This document shows positions 1 to 9,326 of a stretch of 64,000 nt of DNA, piece by piece. The stretch spans positions 160,001 through 224,000 of the forward strand of contig JBGTLG010000041.1 of NCBI GenBank assembly GCA_041744215.1, given 5' to 3'. Each line of letters opens with the position of its first letter. Positions within the stretch are counted from its first letter, which is position 1. Source of the stretch: Fimbriimonadales bacterium (GTDB lineage Bacteria > Armatimonadota > Fimbriimonadia > Fimbriimonadales > ATM1). Position numbers and translations under genes: made by a program. A model generated the notes under the pieces. The model worked only from the letters and a program-made list of their open reading frames with translations, was not told the DNA's origin and made no database searches.

Positions 1-2
1 GC

Positions 3-278
3 CTCAGCGGAGATGACGGAGATGGGCACCTGGTAGACATGATCCCGGATAGCAATGGGGTGAACCCTGAGGAAGCTGTAATGAAAAGCCGGGGACTTGG
101 AAATCTGCACGACGCTATCAAGCACTTGCTAAGCGACTTGGAGCGCAAGGTTCTCAAGTGTTATCTCGAGGGCAAGTCGTATCGAGAGATGTCGAGAGAG
201 CTCGAGTGCCAGCAGAAGTCAATAGACAATGCTCTACAGCGAGTCAAGAGGAAAGTTCTCTACTTCCTCCACGACTAG
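3..278 (+). CDS. sigH: RNA polymerase sigma factor, SigH-like (3' part; 5' end outside window)
   Basis: Region-4 HTH sequence LSDLERKVLKCYLEGKSYREMS...KSIDNALQRVKRK is typical of SigH. The frame is open from position 3. Confidence 0.8.
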   Translation, partial: LSGDDGDGHLVDMIPDSNGVNPEEAVMKSRGLGNLHDAIKHLLSDLERKVLKCYLEGKSYREMSRELECQQKSIDNALQRVKRKVLYFLHD

Positions 279-328
279 GCCATCCGGGCGATGTGACGAA
301 GGTTTCTGCTATATTAGTGCAAGCCGCA

Positions 329-988
329 ATGCAAGAACAATCAAGTGCCCCTGTGTCTCCGGCGACTGGCGAAATCCGCGTTACAGTAGCCGACCCAAAA
401 AAGCTTAACCTCGATGGCCTGACTGCGCTGCTCGGCATGAAGGGCATTCGAGTCGTCGGCTCGACCTCTGATCTCACTGACCTTGTGTCGCTCGTGAGGG
501 ATTCGAGACCTGATGTGGTAATCGTTGACGCGGCAATGGCGAGCCAGGTTGGCGATCAGCAGTGGGTGCGCCTTCAAAAGAGTTTCCCCGGTCTCAAGAC
601 TTTGCTCGTCGCAGATGTCGAAACGGCAGCACGGTACGCGGTATTGGCGCCGCCAGAGACGCGAGGAATGATCCAGCGAAGCCAAGACTCGGATGAGCTG
701 ATGCTGGCGATACGGACCATCGCTTCTGGGCGCATGTGGGAAATGCCGATCAAGAAGCCGTTGAAGAGCGCGCGGGGCCGAAAGATGAGCCCGCTGTCGC
801 CTCGGGAGCGCGATATCGCCGTCCTGATCACGCAGGGCTACGGCAACCGCGAAATCTCTCAGCGGCTTGGGCTCAGCGAACAGAGCGTCAAGAACCTGGT
901 CAGCCGGATCCTAAGTAAGCAGGGGCTCAAGAACCGAACTCAGATCGCCCTGTGGCGCCTGGCCTCGGGCGGCGAAGAGGGGGCGTAA
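329..988 (+). CDS. NarL/FixJ-type response regulator (receiver + LuxR HTH), atypical receiver
   Basis: Receiver-like PDVVIVD, and C-terminal LSPRERDIAVLITQGYGNREISQRLGLSEQSVKNLVSRILSK (LuxR HTH). Start placed at ATG 329. Confidence 0.85.
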   Translation: MQEQSSAPVSPATGEIRVTVADPKKLNLDGLTALLGMKGIRVVGSTSDLTDLVSLVRDSRPDVVIVDAAMASQVGDQQWVRLQKSFPGLKTLLVADVETAARYAVLAPPETRGMIQRSQDSDELMLAIRTIASGRMWEMPIKKPLKSARGRKMSPLSPRERDIAVLITQGYGNREISQRLGLSEQSVKNLVSRILSKQGLKNRTQIALWRLASGGEEGA

Positions 989-995
989 GCTCTCC

Positions 996-1799
996 GTGAT
1001 CGCGAGGGTGCTGACCGCTGCCGTCGGCATCCCGGTACTCGCATTCGCAGCGCTTTCGGAGTCCCTGTGGCCCGTACGCATCCTCGCTGTCGCACTGTTT
1101 GCCCTTGGATCACTGGAGATCGCACGCAGCGAACGCGACGCTCCTCGATTGCTGATGTTTGCGTTCGTTCTGTTGTTTGCGCTCTGCGCATTTATGTGGG
1201 ATGCAGGGGGGGGCATTGCCCTCGCAATTGGGGCTATCGTTTGCAACATCATCTTTTGGTTTGAAGTGCTTGGGGATCGGGGGTCAGGAATCGGGCGCGC
1301 GTTTAGCACTCTACTCCTGCAAGTTGCATGGCTGGGATTCCCGCTACTGCTGCTGATCGTAATCAGAGCGCACGACACTGCCGATGAAGCGTTGCTTTCG
1401 TTATCTCAGGGTTCCGTCCTCATGCTCTTGCTCATCTGCATTTGGGCCTGCGATTCGTTAGCGTTCTTCGTCGGCAGATCGATAGGGAAACGGAAGCTTG
1501 CGCCGACGATTTCGCCGAACAAAACATGGGAGGGCGCGATAGCTGGGGTGCTTGCGGCAGTGGCCGCAGGAATGCTGATAGGTATAGCCTTTCATATTGA
1601 ACTTATACATTCTCTCTTGATTGGCGCGATTGCAGGGATCCTCGGTCAGTTAGGCGACCTGTTCCAAAGTGCCTGGAAGAGGTCGCTCGGCTTGAAGGAC
1701 AGTGGCGCGCTCCTGCCTGGGCATGGAGGTGTCCTCGACAGGTTTGATTCGCTACTGTATTGCGCGCCAGCGACGGCGCTCGTCATTGCGCTGGTGTAG
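996..1799 (+). CDS. cdsA: Phosphatidate cytidylyltransferase
   Basis: Polytopic membrane protein with SPNKTWEG and KDSGALLPGHGGVLDRFDS signatures. Confidence 0.95.
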   Translation: MIARVLTAAVGIPVLAFAALSESLWPVRILAVALFALGSLEIARSERDAPRLLMFAFVLLFALCAFMWDAGGGIALAIGAIVCNIIFWFEVLGDRGSGIGRAFSTLLLQVAWLGFPLLLLIVIRAHDTADEALLSLSQGSVLMLLLICIWACDSLAFFVGRSIGKRKLAPTISPNKTWEGAIAGVLAAVAAGMLIGIAFHIELIHSLLIGAIAGILGQLGDLFQSAWKRSLGLKDSGALLPGHGGVLDRFDSLLYCAPATALVIALV

Positions 1800-3159
1800 A
1801 TTGTGCAAACACGTTTGTTGGCAACCAGACTTTCAAAAAATCTCTTGCTGAGGATGGACAAACGCGAACGTCGCATCGCGACAACCTGCGCACATCATCA
1901 ATTGTTTTGTCGTCCAGAAACACGACATCATCTTTCAACGCGATGTCAGGAATTGCAACGATTCCCATCGGTTGATGCGCTTCAAGTGTTGCTATCAAAT
2001 CTTGCGCAGTGATTAGTCCTGTAACAGTGATGCCTTGACCAAAGAAGTTGTTTTTTACCGCGATCACTTCGACATCGAGATTCTCAACTTTTGATATCCG
2101 CTGCGCAAAGTCTTCGATCACCCTCGCCGCGAGCTCCCCGGTGATTAGCGTGATCCGCTCCGGCCTTGCGATCGAGGTTGGGAGCAATCCGTAAGCGGAC
2201 TTCGCTTCGTCCAGAAACTTGCGGCACGTGCCCACCCCGTCTTCAAACTGGGGGAAGTCCTCATAGAACGCTCGGCCAGGGACCTTCTTTTCGGCATAGA
2301 AGAACCACTCATCTGTCGGGAAAACGAACCTGGTTCCGAGCTTCGAAGTGAACTCCTCGTGCCATCTTCTGGTCGTCGCCAGGAACTGGCGCGCATACTC
2401 GGGAGTCACCTGCTGAATCGGGTAGAGATTGTGCCGAAACTGCGTCAGCCCTACGGGGACGACCGCTACGCTGAGTACTCCAGCCCGGTTTCCGGTGCAT
2501 TCACTATGCAGTTGGGCGAGTTCGTGGACGGTTTGATCGATCGCGGGCCCGTCATTAAGGCCTGGGCAGAGGACAACCTGGCAGTGGACGCTGACGCCTG
2601 ATTCGATGAGTTCGGTAAGTCTTGGCAGGATCGGCTCCGCCGCCCCTCGTCCGAGCATGAATCCCCTAAGACGAGGATCCGTTGCGTGAACGCTCACGTA
2701 CAGCGGCGAGAGTCCCTGCCCTTTCGTCCGCTCGAACTCCTCTTCAGACATGTTGGTCAGCGTCACGTAGTTGCCGTGGAGGAAACTCAAGCGGAAATCG
2801 TCGTCCATGAGATAGAGCGACTTGCGCATGCCCTTCGGCATTTGGTGGATGAAGCAGAAAACACACTTGTTGTCGCACGTATGGATCTGATCGGCGAGTT
2901 CGAATGTGAATCTAAAGCCCAGGTCCGCGCCCCATTCCCTGGTTATATGTACCGTTTGGTACACTCCGTCCCGCACGAACTCCACATCGAATTCCTCCTC
3001 GCTTGTGCCGAAGCGAAAGTCGATAATGTCATCAACATCTTCGCCGTCAACTCGCCGCACGACGTCACCGGGCAAGAAACCTGCGAGATCGGCAGGGGAT
3101 CCCGCTTCGACTTCTTTGACCACGAGGCCCTTTGTGCGGAGTTGGAGAAGTTCACTCAA
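1783..3159 (-). CDS. PDZ + radical-SAM-like DUF512 protein
   Basis: N-terminal PDZ-like segment (GSPADLAGFLPGD), CDNKCVFC (CxxxCxxC), DDDFRLSFLHGNYVTLTN, YVSVHATDP, PQFEDGVG. Confidence 0.85.
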   Translation of the reverse strand: MSELLQLRTKGLVVKEVEAGSPADLAGFLPGDVVRRVDGEDVDDIIDFRFGTSEEEFDVEFVRDGVYQTVHITREWGADLGFRFTFELADQIHTCDNKCVFCFIHQMPKGMRKSLYLMDDDFRLSFLHGNYVTLTNMSEEEFERTKGQGLSPLYVSVHATDPRLRGFMLGRGAAEPILPRLTELIESGVSVHCQVVLCPGLNDGPAIDQTVHELAQLHSECTGNRAGVLSVAVVPVGLTQFRHNLYPIQQVTPEYARQFLATTRRWHEEFTSKLGTRFVFPTDEWFFYAEKKVPGRAFYEDFPQFEDGVGTCRKFLDEAKSAYGLLPTSIARPERITLITGELAARVIEDFAQRISKVENLDVEVIAVKNNFFGQGITVTGLITAQDLIATLEAHQPMGIVAIPDIALKDDVVFLDDKTIDDVRRLSRCDVRVCPSSARDFLKVWLPTNVFAQSTPAQ

Positions 3160-3168
3160 ACACGAAGA

Positions 3169-5871
3169 TTAAACCCTGCTCAGGTCGACCTCCGCGTCGC
3201 AGTTGGACGGAAGATTGAGTCGGTAGTCGAAGCCGCTTGGCCCGTACCACCACTCGACATTGATGGGACCACGCACCGTTGGGACGGATCCTGAGCATGA
3301 TTCGAGCCCATTTGGTACCGGCCGAAAGAGGACTCTTTCGTGGGCTGTACCATTTCGTACAATTCCGAGCGCGATTCGTGAAAGAAAGTAGGGGGGACCT
3401 GCACTCCATGCGTGGCAGTGACTTCGAGTCCATCGACCGCCAGGCATATACCCTGGAAACAGCTCCCAGCATGTGGTCGCGCCTTTATCGACCATGAGGC
3501 CCCACTTATCTTCGATTATCTGATAAATCCGCTTGTATTCGCCGATTCGTTCAAGAAACTCCATGATGAAAAACTGAAAGAAAGGCGTCCCGGGCTGCAC
3601 AAATCCCTCTGTAACTTCGCCACTTATGATGCTGTTCAGCCTGGCCTGTCGCTCCGGAGGTGGTAGCCCGGCCAGGGACAACACACATTGGGTCTGCGCG
3701 CTGAAGACCTCTGATCTGCTTCCGTCGTAGTGAATGCAGTCGACGTATGCGCCCCGGTCAACATCCCAAAGATTGCTGTTGACGGCTTTGGCAATGTGAT
3801 CAATCGCCCGTAGGTCTGACTCGGCGTCCGCGTCCTGCCCGAGGTGCTTGGCGATCGCCGCACTCGACTTGAGCGCCCATGCAAACCACCCTTGCCCTGC
3901 CGTCACGACCCCTCGGCCAGGCTGATCCATTCCGGACCAATCTGTGAGATTCCAGGCCTCAATCTCGAATAGCCCGTCGGAGTTTATGAGCTCCAGAGCG
4001 TTGTCGGTCTGGCGCCTGATGGAAGGGTAGATCTCCTTGAGGAACTTCTCGTCGCCTGCATATTGATAATGCTCCCAGCACGCGATCTGCCACAGAAAGC
4101 TCCAGGCCGGGATAATCGTTTGCCAGCCGCTTGGAACCTGACTGTTCACCAGTCCGCCGGACTGAAGACTCTCAGCGGCTAGGTTCCAACACCGCTTCAC
4201 AAAGCTCCAATCACCGGAAACAGCGTAGTTGATCAGCGCTTCGTTGCGCGCATCACCGGCCCAAAAGGTCTGCTCGTAGGTCGGGCAGTCCACAAAGGTG
4301 TCCTCGCTGCACAGTTGAGCGGTGCGGGCGCTGATCTTGTGGATCTGATTGAGATCTGGCGACGAAGAATTGAATCGGCCGCCCCTCTTCATTTGAAGTG
4401 TCGATTCCAGCACTTCGACATTCCGTATTGTGCAGCTTTTTGCCTGAAACAATAAGAATCGCGCGCCACGACGTTGCAGGCTCCTCAAGATGTGATTCCC
4501 GGCCGGGATGGACTTTTCGAATGTGTTCGCCATCTCCCAGCAAAAGTCTAGCTGACCATCCTGAATCGACTCAAAACCGTTGACGATGATGCGCGCTGGC
4601 TCCTCAGCTTCGACCTCGAACTTCCAGTAGCCAACAGTCATGCGTCCAAGATCGAGGATGATCTGGGTTTCCTCTTCTCCAAAAACGAGGTCTGCCAGGT
4701 CAGAGGGAACCTCGCTGAGAACCTGGGCATGAGCCGTCCGCACAAACGCTGAGTCAAGCATCACGTCAGGGGCCGACAGATGAAGAGCCGTAGTAGCCTC
4801 ATGCGCGGCAATCTCCTGCGATTCCGCACGAGCGTACAGCTCCAACCGCTCCGGCTCCATGAGCGGACCCGTTACGAGGACTGGGAAGTCCAAAATGAGT
4901 TCCGCATCATCGACTGAAATCGTGAAGGTCCATTCATGATAGTGGCCGCTGACGTCGAGGATGAGCGTGTTTTGGCCCTGTCGAACTTCACCACGTAGTG
5001 CAGGCGCCGCTTCGAACGTGTTTCGCCTTGACGGACAACTCTCCAACGGGACCCCATTCAGCTTGCCCTTTGCCTGGACCCAGAACCAGTCTCGCGGGAG
5101 CTCGAAGATGACCTGGCCACTTTGTTTCACGTGAAACACTAGAGTAACGAGGGCAAAGATCTCCTTTGGGCCAGCTTCCACGTGGCCCGGCAAGAGCGCA
5201 CGGCGGAGGGCTAGCGTCCAAATCGTAGCTGGGGCTCGAACAACGCGACTACACACAACCCCGACTGGCTTCACGCTGTCGACGACCTCGCATTGGACCT
5301 CAGATTGCGACAGACGACGTGCGTCTTCAACCGCAACACACTTCACCCAGCCTTCTTCCCCGAAGCCGGGCAGGGTCCAGGACAGATCGGGTCCCAAGGC
5401 CGCAGGCTCAAGCCAGCCAAGCTGACAGGACATGCGTAGGTCCTTCGGCGGGCCGAACGGATCCGGCAGGCAACTCCACGTCTCATCGGTGGAGATGACA
5501 ACCGTTCCGCCTCCAACAATCTCCGCGATCACCCCCGCGTCACCGAGTACGTATCGAAACGTCGAGATGCCATTGGCCTTCGCTAGAATCGCAATTGAGT
5601 TCGCTCCAGTTCGAAGGAATTGATGAACTATATATCTATCGTACTTATAATTATCCGGAAATCCTCGCGATGGGCCCTGGCCAACCCATTCGCCGTTGAC
5701 CCACACGGCGTACTCCGCGTCAGCTGAGATGAGAAGCGCCGCATCATCCGGAACCAAGTTGACCTCAAAATCCCTCCGAAACGCGCACCAGTGGTTCCAT
5801 TCGCGCCTCGAATCCGCTGAGTCCCAGATCCATCGCGCTGACAGCACCTTCTCTGCTTCGACACGGGGCAA
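3169..5871 (-). CDS. Alpha-L-rhamnosidase (GH78 family)
   Basis: LISADAEYAVWVNG, DTFVDCPTYEQTFWAGD, GATTCWE and SHCHAWSAGP motifs. Confidence 0.85.
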   Translation of the reverse strand: MPRVEAEKVLSARWIWDSADSRREWNHWCAFRRDFEVNLVPDDAALLISADAEYAVWVNGEWVGQGPSRGFPDNYKYDRYIVHQFLRTGANSIAILAKANGISTFRYVLGDAGVIAEIVGGGTVVISTDETWSCLPDPFGPPKDLRMSCQLGWLEPAALGPDLSWTLPGFGEEGWVKCVAVEDARRLSQSEVQCEVVDSVKPVGVVCSRVVRAPATIWTLALRRALLPGHVEAGPKEIFALVTLVFHVKQSGQVIFELPRDWFWVQAKGKLNGVPLESCPSRRNTFEAAPALRGEVRQGQNTLILDVSGHYHEWTFTISVDDAELILDFPVLVTGPLMEPERLELYARAESQEIAAHEATTALHLSAPDVMLDSAFVRTAHAQVLSEVPSDLADLVFGEEETQIILDLGRMTVGYWKFEVEAEEPARIIVNGFESIQDGQLDFCWEMANTFEKSIPAGNHILRSLQRRGARFLLFQAKSCTIRNVEVLESTLQMKRGGRFNSSSPDLNQIHKISARTAQLCSEDTFVDCPTYEQTFWAGDARNEALINYAVSGDWSFVKRCWNLAAESLQSGGLVNSQVPSGWQTIIPAWSFLWQIACWEHYQYAGDEKFLKEIYPSIRRQTDNALELINSDGLFEIEAWNLTDWSGMDQPGRGVVTAGQGWFAWALKSSAAIAKHLGQDADAESDLRAIDHIAKAVNSNLWDVDRGAYVDCIHYDGSRSEVFSAQTQCVLSLAGLPPPERQARLNSIISGEVTEGFVQPGTPFFQFFIMEFLERIGEYKRIYQIIEDKWGLMVDKGATTCWELFPGYMPGGRWTRSHCHAWSAGPPYFLSRIALGIVRNGTAHERVLFRPVPNGLESCSGSVPTVRGPINVEWWYGPSGFDYRLNLPSNCDAEVDLSRV

Positions 5872-5907
5872 ATGAAACCCTTGAATGCGATAGGTATATT
5901 GCGCCGA

Positions 5908-6891
5908 ATGGCAGCTGTTGTTGCCGAGAACCTCACGAAGACATACTTCACGGCTAAACGCGAACCCGGCGTGCGCGGCGCAGTGCGTGCATTGTTCAGA
6001 CCGCAGAAAACGCGCGTCGATGCAGTTGTTGATGTTTCATTTGAGATCGCAGAAGGCGAGCTCGTCGGATTTCTTGGTCCAAACGGCGCAGGAAAGACGA
6101 CGACACTTAAGATGCTGACAGGCATACTCTTTCCGACAAGTGGAAGAGGGCTTGTACTCGGTTACGATTCGAGCAAACGTGATCGCGAAATGCAGCGTCG
6201 AATGTCGCTCGTAATGGGCAACAAGATGCAGCTGTGGTGGGACCTTCCGGCATGGGACGGATTCGAGGTTCTGAGGGACATTTACGAGGTCCCTGAAGCC
6301 GAGTTTCGACCTCGAATCGAGGAGCTGATCGAGCTGCTGGATCTGAAGGAGAAGATACGGATCCAGGTCCGGAAGCTGTCACTTGGCGAGCGCATGAAGT
6401 GCGAGCTGGCTGCAGCGCTTTTGCACAATCCGCGCGTGCTGTTTCTCGACGAACCCACTCTTGGTCTCGATGTGATTTCACAGAAACGAATACGTGAGTT
6501 TTTGAAAGACTACAACAAGCGTTACAAGACAACAATTCTTTTGACAAGCCATTACATGCAAGACGTTGTTGAATTGTGCGAACGAGTTATTGTTATCAAT
6601 GAGGGAAAGTTGATTTTCGATGGATCGCTGTCTTCGCTCACCGCGAGATTCGATCCGACCAGGCAGTTGCGCCTTACGTTTTCGTCGCCTGTGGACGCAG
6701 ACCTATCGGAGTACGGGCGCATCGTCTCTCAAGACCCGAATCAAGCGGTGATCGAGGTGAGCCGCGCAGATTCAACGCAAGTCGCCGCTCGCGCCCTAAA
6801 CAGCCTCCCCGTCCAGGACATCTCGATCGACGAGCCAGACATCGAGGACGTCATTCGCGATGTTTTTACTAAGAATCGGACTCGCCCGTAA
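5908..6891 (+). CDS. ABC-2 type transporter ATP-binding protein
   Basis: Walker A GPNGAGKT, signature LSLGE, Walker B LFLDEPT, SH switch. Confidence 0.92.
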   Translation: MAAVVAENLTKTYFTAKREPGVRGAVRALFRPQKTRVDAVVDVSFEIAEGELVGFLGPNGAGKTTTLKMLTGILFPTSGRGLVLGYDSSKRDREMQRRMSLVMGNKMQLWWDLPAWDGFEVLRDIYEVPEAEFRPRIEELIELLDLKEKIRIQVRKLSLGERMKCELAAALLHNPRVLFLDEPTLGLDVISQKRIREFLKDYNKRYKTTILLTSHYMQDVVELCERVIVINEGKLIFDGSLSSLTARFDPTRQLRLTFSSPVDADLSEYGRIVSQDPNQAVIEVSRADSTQVAARALNSLPVQDISIDEPDIEDVIRDVFTKNRTRP

Positions 6892-7020
6892 AAAGAAGTA
6901 TGTTATTGTTTTTTGCTACTACTTGTACATTTCCCGGTGCTCGGTGATTGTCACTTCCCCCAAAGATCGCTCAGGAGGTGATGTTGGGCGGGGGACCCGA
7001 GCCTGGTAAAACCATTGAGG

Positions 7021-7632
7021 ATGCAAACAGACATGAGTGAAGCCCCGACACTTGATCAAATCCGGGAGCAGGCGAGCCAGTGCTCCGCTTGCGGCCTCGC
7101 TGTGCGCCGAACCCATGTGGTTTTTGGGGAAGGAAATCCTAATGCGCCGCTTGTTCTGGTCGGCGAGGGACCTGGCGAAAACGAAGACAAGACCGGGCGG
7201 CCGTTTGTGGGCCTCGCCGGCCAAGTTCTCGATCGCGCGCTGCTTGACAACGGCCTCAATCGTGACGATGTTTACATCTGCAATATCGTAAAATGCCGTG
7301 CATGCGACTGGAAGGGAAAAACCGCTTACAACCGCCCTCCAACCCCACAAGAAACGGAATCATGCGCCAAATGGCTACATGCGCAATTGGGCGCAATTCG
7401 TCCAAAAGTGCTCCTTTGCATAGGGTCGCCGAGCGCGAACAAACTCATCAGGAAGGGGTTCCAGATAACCAAGGAGCGCGGCCAGATTTTCTCATGCGAG
7501 TTTGCTCCGGTCGCCATCGCAACCCTTCACCCAGCTTACATCCTCCGCCAGCGTGGACAACGAAGCGATGGCGGATACTCACTCCTGGTCGAAGACATTG
7601 CGCTGGCGTGGATGCACGCAAACTTCTCTTAG
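7021..7632 (+). CDS. udg: Uracil-DNA glycosylase family 4
   Basis: CSAC Fe-S ligands, VGEGPGENED, GRPFVG, NIVKCR, HPAY. Confidence 0.92.
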   Translation: MQTDMSEAPTLDQIREQASQCSACGLAVRRTHVVFGEGNPNAPLVLVGEGPGENEDKTGRPFVGLAGQVLDRALLDNGLNRDDVYICNIVKCRACDWKGKTAYNRPPTPQETESCAKWLHAQLGAIRPKVLLCIGSPSANKLIRKGFQITKERGQIFSCEFAPVAIATLHPAYILRQRGQRSDGGYSLLVEDIALAWMHANFS

Positions 7633-9278
7633 ATGATGGTATCGCTTGAAAGTTGGTTCGTATTGTCGCGAATAGGCTTCAATGAAATGACGTTCTCTTC
7701 ATCGTAGTCGAGGAGCTTCAACCAGTCTTCAACGGAATCGTTTTGGGGGAATATCTCGTTTTCCTGGTATTCGGCCCGAATAGCCTCTCTAAGGTCTTCT
7801 AGGCGTATTCCATGGCCTTTCTTGGGATCCGCAATTGCGCGCTTTATGGCGTAATCTTTCGCTCGATCCACAACGGATCGTATCAGTGCGCCGCTGATTA
7901 GATCCTTCCAATACAATGACTCGCTTCCACCGTTTCGGAAGTGGACACGCAGATACTCAGACTCGCGACTATCGCGCCAGATGTACGCTGTGATCGTGTC
8001 GAGCATGCAATCTCGAAGAGAATCGATGTCGCCTCCTTCCGCAGCCAGCGCGTCCGGATCGAGGGGGATGTTTGGGTGGAGATAGATGCCAAAGATGTCA
8101 CGCGTGGCCTCGCGAGTTGGGCGGTTTATCTTGACCTTCCGGTCGATTCGCTCGGGGCGGAGGATTGCAGGATCAATGTAGTCGGGCCGGTTACTGGTGA
8201 GAATGAGCACCACGTTCTCAAGCGAAACGAGTCCGTCGAGTTCCGCGCAAAACTGCGGCACCACGGTGTTCGAAATGTTGAGCCACCTTGAATTCGACCG
8301 TGTGCGGAGGACGCTTTCGGCCTCATCGAAGAAGATGAATACGAGTCTGCCCTCCTTCGCCTTCTCCCTGGCGGTTTGGAAGATTTCGCGTACCATCCGC
8401 TCAGTCTCCCCGAGCCACATATTGAGGATTTTCGGCCCGGAGATGTACATGAAGTACTCCTTGACCTCATGACCCACGCGCTTCGAATACTCTTTGGTCA
8501 GGTTATACGCCGTTGCCTTTCCGATTAGCGTCTTTCCGCATCCCGGGGGGCCAAAGAGCAGGATGCCTTTGATCGGCTTCTTTTCAAATCGCTCGTAGAT
8601 TTCGGGATAGAGAAGCGGATGCTCGATGGTGTCCTTGATTAGCCGGATCGCTTCCGCCTGCCCGCCAATGCTCTCCCAGGCGATCTCCGGAACGTCCTCG
8701 AAGAAGTACTCTGTTCCCTCTGATTGCGGGAAGTGCTCGATGGCGACTTTGAAGTTCGGCTCGATCCTCACCTCGTCGCCCGCTTTGATGTCCACGGAGC
8801 GAAGCGGTTGACTGCGGTACACGATCCGGCCGACCGTACCGGTAGAGTCCTGGCTCACTCGGATGCGTCCGTCGTCGTAGCTCTCGGACACCTTCATGAC
8901 CTGACCGCCACCGTGGGGTGGCAAGTAGCCCACAATGGCGTAAGCGTCATTCACCTTGACGCGCACGCCAGTGCACAGCTCTGCCTGGTCGATCTTAGGA
9001 TCGACCGAGACCACGAACTCGGTTTCTCCGAGCGCTATAAGTCCGAGGCCTTCGTCGACATCACTGAGGTAGACGGCCGTTCGGTTTGCCGGGGCGGTCA
9101 GTTTCTCGTAGGCTTCTTCGTACTCGGCCACGAGCCGCTCAGCTTCCATCCGCCTCGTCTCGTCCTCCTGCAGGGCTTTTTCGAGGGCGAACAGATAGTT
9201 CCGAAGGCGCTGGTTTTCTTCGGGAATCATCTCGATCGCTTCGGCCAATATCCGAAGCGACTGGCGTTCATTTTCCAT
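7629..9278 (-). CDS. arc: Proteasome-associated AAA ATPase, ARC/Mpa family
   Basis: N-terminal coiled coil, OB-like region, GILLFGPPGCGKTLIGKA, GPKILNMWLGETER, FFDEAES, NTVVPQFCAELDG, SNRPDYIDPAILRPERID. Confidence 0.9.
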   Translation of the reverse strand: MENERQSLRILAEAIEMIPEENQRLRNYLFALEKALQEDETRRMEAERLVAEYEEAYEKLTAPANRTAVYLSDVDEGLGLIALGETEFVVSVDPKIDQAELCTGVRVKVNDAYAIVGYLPPHGGGQVMKVSESYDDGRIRVSQDSTGTVGRIVYRSQPLRSVDIKAGDEVRIEPNFKVAIEHFPQSEGTEYFFEDVPEIAWESIGGQAEAIRLIKDTIEHPLLYPEIYERFEKKPIKGILLFGPPGCGKTLIGKATAYNLTKEYSKRVGHEVKEYFMYISGPKILNMWLGETERMVREIFQTAREKAKEGRLVFIFFDEAESVLRTRSNSRWLNISNTVVPQFCAELDGLVSLENVVLILTSNRPDYIDPAILRPERIDRKVKINRPTREATRDIFGIYLHPNIPLDPDALAAEGGDIDSLRDCMLDTITAYIWRDSRESEYLRVHFRNGGSESLYWKDLISGALIRSVVDRAKDYAIKRAIADPKKGHGIRLEDLREAIRAEYQENEIFPQNDSVEDWLKLLDYDEENVISLKPIRDNTNQLSSDTII

Positions 9279-9326
9279 GGATCACCCGTATCTACGCGCG
9301 AAACCTATGGATAGGTCGCGGCTTTC

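Noticed and set aside
6985-7005. GCGGGGGACCC resembling part of the c-di-AMP (ydaO) riboswitch
   Set aside because: The downstream GGGGTGAAT and CCGTCAGCTAAC elements are absent.
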